In this document: in pieces, positions 9,785 to 19,472 of the stretch
Numbering within the stretch: the first letter of the stretch is position 1
How the letters are laid out: every line of letters begins with the position of its first letter
DNA from: Snowella sp.
GTDB taxonomy: Bacteria; Cyanobacteriota; Cyanobacteriia; Cyanobacteriales; Microcystaceae
Length of the DNA stretch: 64,000 nt
Reading direction: 5' to 3'
Assembly (NCBI GenBank): GCA_035285545.1
Contig: JAYKGY010000104.1
Coordinates: 128,001 to 192,000 of the forward strand
Notes under the pieces: model-generated
The model's input: the letters and a program-made list of their open reading frames with translations, nothing else
What the model was told of the DNA's origin: nothing
Databases searched by the model: none
Position numbers and translations under genes: made by a program

Positions 9785-10825
9785 TTAAGAAACAAAGGCC
9801 AATTCTTCTTTTTCCATTTCTGCCGTATAGTCTCCCCAGGTCGCCGCACTGGTTAATTGGGCACGACGATAAAAGACTTTTTGGGCTGCTGCAACGTTTT
9901 CTGGTTTGCCCCTCCAGGTTTTCATGGCAGCTTGTTGTAATGCTCGACCATAGGAAAAGGTGAGATTCCAAGGGAGTTGCCCTTTAAATAACCGATTCAT
10001 GGCATTAAGATGGGCTGTGGCCCGTTCGTCACTTTGTCCCCCTGAGAGAAAAGCACAACCCGGAACCGAGGCAGGAACGCGATCGCGCAAACAATGAACG
10101 GTTAAACTTGCCACTTCTTCGACGCTGGCTTGTTGGGGGCAATCCATACCGGCAATGACCATACTGGGTTTGAGGATCATTTGATCGAGTTGAACATTGT
10201 AGAGATAGAGCCGATCAAATACATGCTGAAGAACGTCTTGGTGAACGACGAAACTCCGTTCAATAGTGTGATTGGCATCCATTAATACTTCCGGCTCGAC
10301 AATGGGAACCAATCCCCCTTCTTGGCACAGGGCGGCATAACGGGCTAAGGCATCGGCATTGGCTTCGAGCGCAACCGGAGAAGGGGTCTGTTCAGTAATG
10401 CGAAAAACTGCCCGCCATTTGGCAAATCGCGCCCCCAAATCGTAATATTCAGCAATGCGATCGCGTAAACCGTCCAATCCTTCTGTGATCAATTCCTGAG
10501 AGCTTCCGGCTAAGGGTTTGGTGCCACCATCTAATTTAATCCCCGGAATAATGCCTGCATTGATTAATAACTGAGGAAAAGCTATCCCCGCTTGGGTAAA
10601 TTGGCGAATGGTTTCATCAAATAAAATAACGCCACTTAGAAATTGATTGATATGGGGCGTAGTCAAGAGCATTCCACGGTAAGCACGCCGCATTGCTTCG
10701 GTTGTAGGAATTCCTAACGATTGAAAGCGTTTATTGGCAGTTCCAAAACTTTCATCAGCCGCTAAGATGCCTTTGCCTTTGACGACCATTGCTTTGGCTA
10801 TTGCTTGCATTTCCGCTACAGACAT
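9785..10825 (-). CDS. Class I fructose-bisphosphate aldolase (animal/plant-type family)
   Basis: GKGILAADES, FAKWR, VPIVEPEV, LKPSMV (Schiff-base Lys), FLSGGQS and TFSYGRALQ motifs. Confidence 0.95.
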   Translation of the reverse strand: MSVAEMQAIAKAMVVKGKGILAADESFGTANKRFQSLGIPTTEAMRRAYRGMLLTTPHINQFLSGVILFDETIRQFTQAGIAFPQLLINAGIIPGIKLDGGTKPLAGSSQELITEGLDGLRDRIAEYYDLGARFAKWRAVFRITEQTPSPVALEANADALARYAALCQEGGLVPIVEPEVLMDANHTIERSFVVHQDVLQHVFDRLYLYNVQLDQMILKPSMVIAGMDCPQQASVEEVASLTVHCLRDRVPASVPGCAFLSGGQSDERATAHLNAMNRLFKGQLPWNLTFSYGRALQQAAMKTWRGKPENVAAAQKVFYRRAQLTSAATWGDYTAEMEKEELAFVS

Positions 10826-11022
10826 GATGTCACCACCTTAAAACAATACAAGTGCTTTTCCCCTAGTACGCGATCGCCCAGACCTTGGAATGAAGGGGAT
10901 CAATTACGGCTGAACTGCTTTGATCCTAGCTTGCAACTTTCTCAGGGGATTTAAGTTTCATTCTTCCGAAATAGGTAAGATCAGCGACAGTGGCTCGTTT
11001 CCCAAATCCATTACCCAATCCA

Positions 11023-12870
11023 TTAATTTTTAAGGGGAGAGTGTTGCTTAAACCAGTACCAAAGCTTTTTAAGGTTTTCTTCTAACCAAAGAATGCCCAC
11101 ATCTAACCACTCTAGAATCCGTTCTAAGGGGTGTTTAATATAACCAATGGGTTTGGCTTCGGTTTCTATCCAATCCGGTGTGGCTTCTAAGTCCGTGTTA
11201 AAAGTCTGGGTAGGGGTGAGCGCGATCGCGATTTCGTCTTCCCACATCTCTTCGGGTTTAGGAATTGTTAAGGTATGGTTCGTTGATGTCGGGGCGTTTG
11301 TAACTGAATGAGCAGGAGAGGGAGAAACAGGACGACGAATAGGGGGACTTTGACGAGATTTTTTTTGAATTTTATGGGATTTAGAACTATTTAACTTTTT
11401 CTGTCGAGGAATGCCTTGTAAGGGAAGAGGGTTTGTATTTTCGGTGGACGTAACGGGAGCGGCTTCTGTCGTAACGTCAATAAATAAATCTTCCCAGGTT
11501 AACCAGGGGTCTTCAATCTTCTCTGTTGAACCGTTTAACTTATTTTGAGCCGGTTTCGCAAATTGAGACGATCTAGCTTGTTGACCAAAAAAGTAGGCGA
11601 TCGCCGCTTGAATTAAAACCTGAATTTGAAACGGATCGGGTTCACGGGATTCAAGGGCTTGGGAGCGAATAGGTAAATTGCTGGCTTCAGTTGGTTCAGA
11701 AGGAGAAAAAAGATGGGGTAAATTCGCAGGCGTTAGTTGTGGCCAGGAAACTTTGGCCAACACTTCCGTATTAAATCGCTGGAGCGCAGGCGGAATTTCT
11801 ATATATTGGGCTAACTCTCCGGTTTTTTCTAGGGCAGATTCGACTAACGGAGACGCTTGAACCCGCTGCAATCCCTGTTGAACTTGTTGAAAAATTTGCT
11901 GTCTCCATTGAATTTCCTGATTTTCTAAGGAGGAAACCCGTTGATCCAAATTATCGAGTAACTTTTTACCTGGGACTAAAGCGGAAGCAGAGACAGGAAC
12001 AAGAGTGGAGGGCTTCCATGGGGGCAGTTGGGGCTTAAACTCTTGAGTTTCTAGCCAATGCAAGGTTTTCCAAAGCCATTGGACAGGGGGTAAAACGGTG
12101 TCATTTTTGGCATCAACTAAGGGAATTAAACCCAAGGTTTTCTGGGAGATCGACCACTGTAAGCGTCGTTCGTACCAATAGTTGGCTAGTTCGGAACGCA
12201 ACGCCTGTTGCAAGGTTTGCTGTTGCTCAGGAGAAAGAACATCAAGAACGTCATTATCCGTCGTCGTTAAAACCAATTGGCGCGTATCGAGGGCGCAAGC
12301 CAGCCCCTGAATGATTAAATCCTTGGGTTTGTCGTTGGCAAAAAGGTTCTTAATGGGCGTGGTTAATTGGCTAAACCCTAATTTGGGTAAAGGTTTTTGA
12401 AATTCTAAAGTAGATTGTTCTGCAACATTAGCCTGAAGGGACGCTTCTAGATGTTGTTGAATTTGTTCAAAAAACTGATGGGAAAGGATAATTTGTTTTT
12501 TAGCACTTTTCTCTTCTGATGAAAGCGTTTTGGGCGAGGATGGTAACTCAGGAATTTCAAACCACGGCTCAATGGTGGTTAAAATTTTCTCCAAGGGCTG
12601 ATCAACGGGAGGATAGGATGGGTCGGTATCGGCAACAGAAGACGGTAAGACGTTAGGGTTTGAATTAGAAGCACCTGCCCCTAATGTGGGCCCATTCCAT
12701 TGTTGGGGATGCAAAAGCCAATAAAACGGAGAAATCAGAATCTGCGCGCTCCATTCTGCCGCAACTTTAAGATGTCGAAAGGTTTCCCCCAAGCGATCGC
12801 GGAGTTGTAAAGACTGACGATTGAGGAAATTAAAAAGACGACTTTTATAAGGACGGCTAGAGACTGACAT
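11023..12870 (-). CDS. Conserved cyanobacterial hypothetical protein
   Basis: Long ORF; ATG at 12870 (MSVSSRPYKSRLFNFL); C-terminal GYIKHPLERILEWLD motif; low-complexity middle. Confidence 0.7.
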   Translation of the reverse strand: MSVSSRPYKSRLFNFLNRQSLQLRDRLGETFRHLKVAAEWSAQILISPFYWLLHPQQWNGPTLGAGASNSNPNVLPSSVADTDPSYPPVDQPLEKILTTIEPWFEIPELPSSPKTLSSEEKSAKKQIILSHQFFEQIQQHLEASLQANVAEQSTLEFQKPLPKLGFSQLTTPIKNLFANDKPKDLIIQGLACALDTRQLVLTTTDNDVLDVLSPEQQQTLQQALRSELANYWYERRLQWSISQKTLGLIPLVDAKNDTVLPPVQWLWKTLHWLETQEFKPQLPPWKPSTLVPVSASALVPGKKLLDNLDQRVSSLENQEIQWRQQIFQQVQQGLQRVQASPLVESALEKTGELAQYIEIPPALQRFNTEVLAKVSWPQLTPANLPHLFSPSEPTEASNLPIRSQALESREPDPFQIQVLIQAAIAYFFGQQARSSQFAKPAQNKLNGSTEKIEDPWLTWEDLFIDVTTEAAPVTSTENTNPLPLQGIPRQKKLNSSKSHKIQKKSRQSPPIRRPVSPSPAHSVTNAPTSTNHTLTIPKPEEMWEDEIAIALTPTQTFNTDLEATPDWIETEAKPIGYIKHPLERILEWLDVGILWLEENLKKLWYWFKQHSPLKN

Positions 12871-13046
12871 CGAATTACGGGGAGATCCTAACAAAATCCA
12901 GGAATATCAGCACTATTTTTAACATGAGCAAAATAAGAGAATTATTTTTAACCCAAGGTAGCACCTCATCTAAGATTAACAGGAATTCTTCCGATTCGGG
13001 CCCTTGTCCATGAGGTTTTAAATAAGATTTACAACGCAAATCGCTT

Positions 13047-14624
13047 TTATTCCTGTAGGGTTCCATCCATTGCAATTTGGGGCAAAATTAGCACGTAACG
13101 GTAACCCGATTCTGGAGAACCTTGAATGACCACCTTACCGCCATGACTTTCCGCTAAATAACACCCTAACAGTAATCCGAGCAGCTTTTGCGGTTTTTCT
13201 TGACCCGAATTTGGCCCATTGGTTAATTGCAACAAAATAGCCTCTAGGGAGACAACCGTTAATGCCTTTTCTTTAACCGGATGGTGTTGTTCCGTTAAGA
13301 TTTTTAAATCCTGGGTTTGGTCGTAATGTTGGGAAAAAGAAAGGCAGGATTGATCAAAGGAATTTTCCGCTTCCAGGGTTAAGGGGGGTTGCCAATGAAT
13401 ATGGGGTAAGCCATCCCCTATCCAAGGGTGGTACATCCACAGCGCAATATGAAGGTTTTGGGAGCGATGGGAAATATGAACCCGAATTTCACCGTCTGGC
13501 TCTGACGCATCAATAATACTGATGACTAAATAGTAGAGTGCTTGATGAACTTTGGTTTTATCCAATAACCAAACCCGTTTGCCTGGCTCAGCGGAGAGGC
13601 GGATTTCTTGGCGTTTTTGTTTGGCAATTTCTGATAGACTGTTCAACGCTTTTTGGGCTAGCATTTCCACGTTTATGGGTGTTAACTCCAATTGAGAGGA
13701 AGTTTCTTCCAATGCCCCAATTTTTAACACTTCTTCGACAAGTACATTCATATACTCGCCACTACGATGGATAATTTCTAAATATTCCCGTTGTTTATCG
13801 TTGAGTTTGCCAAAAACTCCCCCTTTGAGAACGCTAGACATTCCGATCACGGCAGTCAAGGGAGTACGAATTTCCTGGGTCAATTGATTGATTAATTTCA
13901 GTTTGATGTGATCCAATGATCGCATGAAATCACTTTTGGGGCTATTTCCCTGTTTGTCCGTCAAGGGCGCGATCGCCGAGGATAATTTTCTTTCAAGAAG
14001 ATGGGCTTCCTGGGTAATTTCAGTTTGACGTTTAAACCAATAATTCCGCTCAAATTCCCCCATACACCAACGGGCAGTGATGCTCAAAAATTCAAGCTCA
14101 CGGAGAGAAAAATGGCGAGGGTTTAAATCCATTAGCCCTAAACTGCCGATACATTGTCCGGCGGCTGTTATCAAGGGAACGCCTAAATAGCTACGAATCC
14201 CATAATCCTGGGCCAAACTACTTTCAGCAAAAACGGTTTCTCGCCAAGTATCTTCAATGTTCAGGGATTGTTGACTATCGACAACATAGGTACAAAACGC
14301 TTCTGGTCGGGAAATTTTGCGTTCACTCGCTAACCGATTCATTAAACCGAGTCGGGATAACCCAACGGCTGATTTAATCCACACCTGATCAAACACCATG
14401 AGCGTCAAAATACACATAGGACACTCGATAAAACGAGCAGCCATTTGCGTCGCCTCATCAAAAATGGGGATGCTTTCCATTTCCAATAGGCCTAATTTTT
14501 TTAACGTCGTCACTCGGTTTTGTTCACGCACAGTCGGCGATAGTCCGTCTAGTTTACAGAAAAGACGATTGGTCATCTCTGTAGCCGTGATGGTTATCCC
14601 GAAGTCAAGGGTGGGTACGTGCAT
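13047..14624 (-). CDS. GAF-domain histidine-kinase-like protein with degenerate H-box
   Basis: N-terminal GAF (FCTYVV, YLGVPL); QEIRTPL in place of HEIRTPL; degenerate HATPase. Confidence 0.82.
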   Translation of the reverse strand: MHVPTLDFGITITATEMTNRLFCKLDGLSPTVREQNRVTTLKKLGLLEMESIPIFDEATQMAARFIECPMCILTLMVFDQVWIKSAVGLSRLGLMNRLASERKISRPEAFCTYVVDSQQSLNIEDTWRETVFAESSLAQDYGIRSYLGVPLITAAGQCIGSLGLMDLNPRHFSLRELEFLSITARWCMGEFERNYWFKRQTEITQEAHLLERKLSSAIAPLTDKQGNSPKSDFMRSLDHIKLKLINQLTQEIRTPLTAVIGMSSVLKGGVFGKLNDKQREYLEIIHRSGEYMNVLVEEVLKIGALEETSSQLELTPINVEMLAQKALNSLSEIAKQKRQEIRLSAEPGKRVWLLDKTKVHQALYYLVISIIDASEPDGEIRVHISHRSQNLHIALWMYHPWIGDGLPHIHWQPPLTLEAENSFDQSCLSFSQHYDQTQDLKILTEQHHPVKEKALTVVSLEAILLQLTNGPNSGQEKPQKLLGLLLGCYLAESHGGKVVIQGSPESGYRYVLILPQIAMDGTLQE

Positions 14625-14810
14625 CGTTAATTTTCTCTTAGTCCAACAGGGGGAACAGAAGTTAAATCAACCTACAGGTCTTCAGCTTATTAACAGTTAT
14701 GGATAAAAAGATTGTCATAGGCTGAGAAGCTGTGAGTCGTTGCTAGCGGGTGATCTGGTTTTAGTATTCCCGAATACGACGAAGAACAAACATTTTTTAA
14801 AAAATTTTTC

Positions 14811-15449
14811 TTAATGCTTTTTCAGTAAATTTTCTAGGTGCTGACGTTCTCTTGAATTGAGTTCTCGCCATTCCCCCGTAGACAACCCTTGTAAATTCAG
14901 TTCAGTCTGGGGCTGATTAAACTTTCGAGCAGGGGCTGAAGATTCTAAGGCGATCGCAACTCGAACCAAACGGAGGGTAGGGAACCCAATGGCGGCGGTC
15001 ATCCTTCTCACTTGACGATTTCGGCCTTCGGTTAAGGTGATTTCTAACCAACAGGTGGGAACATTTTTGCGATAACGAATGGGCGGATCTCTGGGAGGCA
15101 GATCGGGATCAGGATCTAAAATTTTGGCGATCGCGGGACGAGTCCGATAATCTTGGATAGTTAAGCCTTGACGGAGGGGCTGGAGGTCGGCATCGGTGGG
15201 AATACGTTCAACCTGTACCCAATAGGTGCGGGGATGGGCAAACTGACGGTGGGCTAAACGGTGTTGTAAACGGCCATTGTTGGTTAATAGCAATAACCCT
15301 TCACTGTCGTAATCCAGACGACCCACCGGATACACATCGGGAATATCAATATAGTCTTTCAGCGTAGGACGAGGAGAATTGTCAGAACTATTATCAGTAA
15401 ATTGGCACAGTACCCCGTAGGGTTTATAAAACAAAATGTAATGAAACAT
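14811..15449 (-). CDS. rRNA pseudouridine synthase (RsuA/RluE family)
   Basis: [14 protein letters not shown] and [10 protein letters not shown] motifs; likely ATG at 15449. Confidence 0.92.
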   Translation of the reverse strand: MFHYILFYKPYGVLCQFTDNSSDNSPRPTLKDYIDIPDVYPVGRLDYDSEGLLLLTNNGRLQHRLAHRQFAHPRTYWVQVERIPTDADLQPLRQGLTIQDYRTRPAIAKILDPDPDLPPRDPPIRYRKNVPTCWLEITLTEGRNRQVRRMTAAIGFPTLRLVRVAIALESSAPARKFNQPQTELNLQGLSTGEWRELNSRERQHLENLLKKH

Positions 15450-15482
15450 GGGCAAAAAAAGATTTAAACCAACCAAAGCATA

Positions 15483-15530
15483 ATCCCCCCAGACCTCCTA
15501 TTAAGAGGGAAAGCCGATAGGCGGGGGGAT
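15483..15530. repeat. REP-like palindromic dispersed repeat, copy 2 (reverse orientation)
   Basis: ATCCCCCC...CCGATAGGCGGGGGGAT; reverse complement of the shared core. Confidence 0.85.
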
Positions 15531-15572
15531 TTACTTAAATTGCTAATGTAAGGTTAACTTTTTAGGATTGCC

Positions 15573-16508
15573 TTATAACGGAAGCAAGTTATGAACGATG
15601 GGTAAACTATCCACAATCATGGCCAGACAAAGCAGCATCATGTAAAAAATCGAGTATTTAAACAGCGATCGCGCCAATTCTTTATCTTGAGGAGCCTGCT
15701 TAACTTGCCAAGCTTTGACGATAAATTGATACCCCAAAATCACAGCAGAAATGGCATAAAAAATTCCAGATTGATGGAGCGGATAGACCAATAGGAAACT
15801 TAAGGGGACAACGAGCAAGGTATAAATCCAGATTTGTTTAACAGTCGCTTCTTCCCCTTCGATCACGGGTAACATGGGCACGTTGACTTGAGCATAGTCA
15901 TCTTTGATCATTAATGCCAACGCCCAGAAATGGGGAGGAGTCCAGAGGAAAATGAGGGTAAATAATAACCAAGGTGTCCAACCGAGATCGCCTGTCACAG
16001 CAGCCCAACCCACCAGCGGCGGAATCGATCCAGCGGCTCCCCCAATGACAATATTTTGGGTGGTGTGGCGTTTGAGAAAATGGGTATAGATGATCATATA
16101 AAAAGCAATACCCGATAAGGCCAAAAATCCACTGAGAAGATTAATAAAAAGGGCAAATAAACTAAAGGAAATCGCGCCTAAAATCAATCCAAAAATTAAA
16201 GCATGGCGGGGTTGTACTCGACCCGAAGGAATTGGACGCTCCCGTGTTCTCAGCATTTCATAATCAATATCTTGATCGTAAATGCAATTAAAGGTCTGAG
16301 CCGAAGCTGCCGCCAAGGTTCCGCCCAATAAGGTAATCAATAATTTAAATAAATCTACCCGTCCTTCCGATGCAATCCACATTGAAGCGGCTGTGGTAAT
16401 TAATAATAGGGGAATAATACGGGGTTTTGTTAATTGATAATAGCTTTTAACCACGTCTAAAAAAGTTTCGTGGCGGCGTTCCAGTTTTGTAATAATAACC
16501 ATTGGCAA
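15573..16508 (-). CDS. ctaB: Heme o synthase (protoheme IX farnesyltransferase)
   Basis: LTKPRI, DQDIDYEMLRTRERPIPSG and WTPPHFWAL motifs. Confidence 0.95.
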   Translation of the reverse strand: MPMVIITKLERRHETFLDVVKSYYQLTKPRIIPLLLITTAASMWIASEGRVDLFKLLITLLGGTLAAASAQTFNCIYDQDIDYEMLRTRERPIPSGRVQPRHALIFGLILGAISFSLFALFINLLSGFLALSGIAFYMIIYTHFLKRHTTQNIVIGGAAGSIPPLVGWAAVTGDLGWTPWLLFTLIFLWTPPHFWALALMIKDDYAQVNVPMLPVIEGEEATVKQIWIYTLLVVPLSFLLVYPLHQSGIFYAISAVILGYQFIVKAWQVKQAPQDKELARSLFKYSIFYMMLLCLAMIVDSLPIVHNLLPL

Positions 16509-16533
16509 TTTTTAGAATAGGAATGTTGAAAAA

Positions 16534-17499
16534 TTAGAGGGAATCACTTGTGATCAGGGTTGGGTCATGGGGAACACTGGGGCGATCGCTGTTCGGTTGA
16601 TAATTGCGTAAAGCCAGGGTAGTAAAGGCCACTAAGGTTCCAAATAAAGACGCACCGATTAAATGATGAGCGACAGTTAAGGGTTCCACCTGAAGATGTA
16701 AACGAAGAGTCGCGACCCCTAAAAGAATCTGTAGGGTAATTAGTCCCGCCAGCGTTAAGGCTAATGGCTGGAAAATCGGGTTGATACTGGGATTTCGTAA
16801 GGTCATCACGATCAAAATTAAGGTTGCTAAGGTTGCCGGAATAACACCGATTAAGTGGCTATTCATCACACTGCAAAGTTCCGTCAGTGCCACATTTAAG
16901 CATTGATGGACTGCCCAACGAGAACCAACAAGCCCACCTAACAAACATTGCAAATAAACAAAAACCGTTGCGATGATAGCGACTCCTCTGAAGTACCCAC
17001 TTCCCTCAAAGGGCTGTTTAGGCTGTAAGCAAAGCGCGATCGCGATCAGGCTGGCAAAGAAAAGTAGAGCAGTTCCTAAATGGGCCGTCACAATATCAAA
17101 CCGCAAAAGTTGAGTAACGGTTAAGCCACCTAATACGCCTTGAAAGAGGATTAAGCCTAATGCTCCCACCGAAGCCCAGGGCAACCAAGCAGGCAGCGAT
17201 CGCCGAAACCAAATGCTTAAACCGACTAAGCCCAAAGTGCTGAAGCCAATCAAAGCGGCATCCAGACGATGGAACCATTCCAAAAACACCTGAAGATTCA
17301 TTTGCTGGCTGGGTATCCATTGCCCGTAGCACAAGGGCCAATCAGGACAGGCTAAGCCCGCATTCATTACCCTAGTGGCACTCCCCACCGCCATTAATAG
17401 CAAGGTCGCGATCGCGATTTTCCAGACCAAACGGCGCATCCAAGTCTGGATTGGAGAAGAGTGATTCTCCTCATGACGTGGAAGAATTGATTCTGTCAT
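16534..17499 (-). CDS. ctaA: Heme A synthase (COX15/CtaA)
   Basis: AGLACPDWPLC, EWFHR and conserved His residues; ATG at 17499 preceded by GGGAGG. Confidence 0.93.
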   Translation of the reverse strand: MTESILPRHEENHSSPIQTWMRRLVWKIAIATLLLMAVGSATRVMNAGLACPDWPLCYGQWIPSQQMNLQVFLEWFHRLDAALIGFSTLGLVGLSIWFRRSLPAWLPWASVGALGLILFQGVLGGLTVTQLLRFDIVTAHLGTALLFFASLIAIALCLQPKQPFEGSGYFRGVAIIATVFVYLQCLLGGLVGSRWAVHQCLNVALTELCSVMNSHLIGVIPATLATLILIVMTLRNPSINPIFQPLALTLAGLITLQILLGVATLRLHLQVEPLTVAHHLIGASLFGTLVAFTTLALRNYQPNSDRPSVPHDPTLITSDSL

Positions 17500-17719
17500 A
17501 GCCTCCCTAGTCTTATATTTCAAGTATTTCAATCTCTAGTAGGGATTGAGGTTTTACATACTGTCCGATTTTATCGAAGTCTTTTAGAATTAGGTATGAA
17601 TGCCCACAAAATTTCTAAAATTCTTTAGATTTTCCCTGGGATCAACCTTAAGGATGTCCCATTAATGGCTAATACTTAACAAAAAGTAATGACGATCAAT
17701 GAGGAATTAATATTGCTGG

Positions 17720-19270
17720 CTAAAGGGCATACCAATCCTTTTGAGAATCGCCATCATCCTCATTTTCAGTTTGGTCAAAATTGATCATCATGGTTTGATG
17801 AAGATTGCGTTCCTGTTGTTTTCGATGTTCTAAGTCGCTAAAAGCGATAAATTGAGTCTGGCTAGAATCGTCGGCATTATCCCCATTTTCGGATTCATTC
17901 CATTCGGCGATCGCGGGTTCTGGAACATCCAGAATATTAATAATGGCGGAGTCTGGATCGTTACGGTTAACATACTGACTGGATAACGAAGTTTCTAAAT
18001 TGTCTCTATCGTCATGGGCAAAATTTAACGATGCAATCATTTGTTCATGGGCATCCAAAATATCGATCGTTGCGGGATCATGAAGGGGTTGAGAGTTTAC
18101 TGAAGATGAATTAGCAATTAACGATTCATAGGTATGCAGTAAATCTAGAATTTTTTGCTTTAAAGGACTGGAGGCTAAAACATCGGAAGCAGATGCGGTT
18201 TGCTGAGAGTGGGCAGCCTCAACTTGTAGTTGATGAATAATCGTTTTTATCGTCGATACTAAATTCTCAGGGGTCAGCTTAGAATAATTAAGTTTTTCTG
18301 CCCACAAAAAATCTTCAATTTCCTTCAATACAGCAGGAGATAGGGAAGCACTAGCAACATTTTCTTTTCGTAAAATTTGATTAATAACTTTCCTGAGAGT
18401 CGGTACTAAATTAATCACTGTGATTTTTGAGTTTATTAAATTCTTAGCCTGAAGAAACTCTTCAATTTCTCTAAGGGAATCTTTGTAAACTCGTATCGTT
18501 TCAAGTGCCTTGTCAGATAATTCTTTGACCGGAACCTTAGTTGTATTATCATCTCTAAGTTGTAGTAATTGTTCTAACTCTAAAACAAAGCCGGCAAAAA
18601 CGCTATGGGAATCGATATCAGGCAGATCTAATGGAGTTGCTTTACGAAGGGGATCTCGTCGAATTGCAGCGATCGCTTGAAGGACGGTAGCATGAATTTT
18701 ATCTTTGATTTCCTCAGCCTTTTTTAATTGATACTGCTTGCCTTCTTCGCTGGAAACATAGAGGGCAGGTAAACGGTTTAGGGCATAGGTACAAACCTCT
18801 CCAAAAGCAATGAATTTAGCCATGTTTACGGGCAGTTTTTGCATTTCCTTATAGGCTTCTTCTTTTACCAAAAATTCCATTAAATTAAAGCAAACAAAAT
18901 TCCTTTTATCTTGAGATCCTTGAGCCTTATTAATTAATTTCTGAAGTTCAACTTGATTGATTTTTCTCACATCCATATTGTAGACAGGAAGTAGTTCCAT
19001 CACAATATCTTGAACCAGGGGGGCATAAATTTCTTGACGATTTAAATTTTTTACAACCCGAATCAGAGACGATAACAGCCGATTGATATCAGGGGTACTT
19101 TGGACGATATCAATTAATAATTGTTCTAAGGAATAGCGACCTAGAATAGTAGGTTCATTTTCCCAAGTGTCCTTCGCCAGACAATAGAGCATTTTTTTGA
19201 TTCTTGCTGCTTCTGCGTGACTCTCTAAATTCTCAGCGACTTGAGGTAACTTATCCAATGCTAAATTCAT
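17720..19270 (-). CDS. Multidomain protein with central ComFB domain
   Basis: NLMEFLV...YALNRLPALYVSSEEG...AIRRDPLR is the ComFB signature. Confidence 0.78.
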   Translation of the reverse strand: MNLALDKLPQVAENLESHAEAARIKKMLYCLAKDTWENEPTILGRYSLEQLLIDIVQSTPDINRLLSSLIRVVKNLNRQEIYAPLVQDIVMELLPVYNMDVRKINQVELQKLINKAQGSQDKRNFVCFNLMEFLVKEEAYKEMQKLPVNMAKFIAFGEVCTYALNRLPALYVSSEEGKQYQLKKAEEIKDKIHATVLQAIAAIRRDPLRKATPLDLPDIDSHSVFAGFVLELEQLLQLRDDNTTKVPVKELSDKALETIRVYKDSLREIEEFLQAKNLINSKITVINLVPTLRKVINQILRKENVASASLSPAVLKEIEDFLWAEKLNYSKLTPENLVSTIKTIIHQLQVEAAHSQQTASASDVLASSPLKQKILDLLHTYESLIANSSSVNSQPLHDPATIDILDAHEQMIASLNFAHDDRDNLETSLSSQYVNRNDPDSAIINILDVPEPAIAEWNESENGDNADDSSQTQFIAFSDLEHRKQQERNLHQTMMINFDQTENEDDGDSQKDWYAL

Positions 19271-19472
19271 TACTATCTCCTATTCCCATTGTTTTAGCAT
19301 CGTTGTTTTCTGTTGTCAATCCAATCAATTAAGGGCAAGAGGGATCAATATTAAAAACCTCACAAGATTGAATTCACAGAATTCCTATTTTTAATGCTTT
19401 ATGTTTTCTATTATAGTGATGAATATATTGCTAAAGCGGCTGAAGTAGCTGAAGTATCTGAGGTTTTAAACG

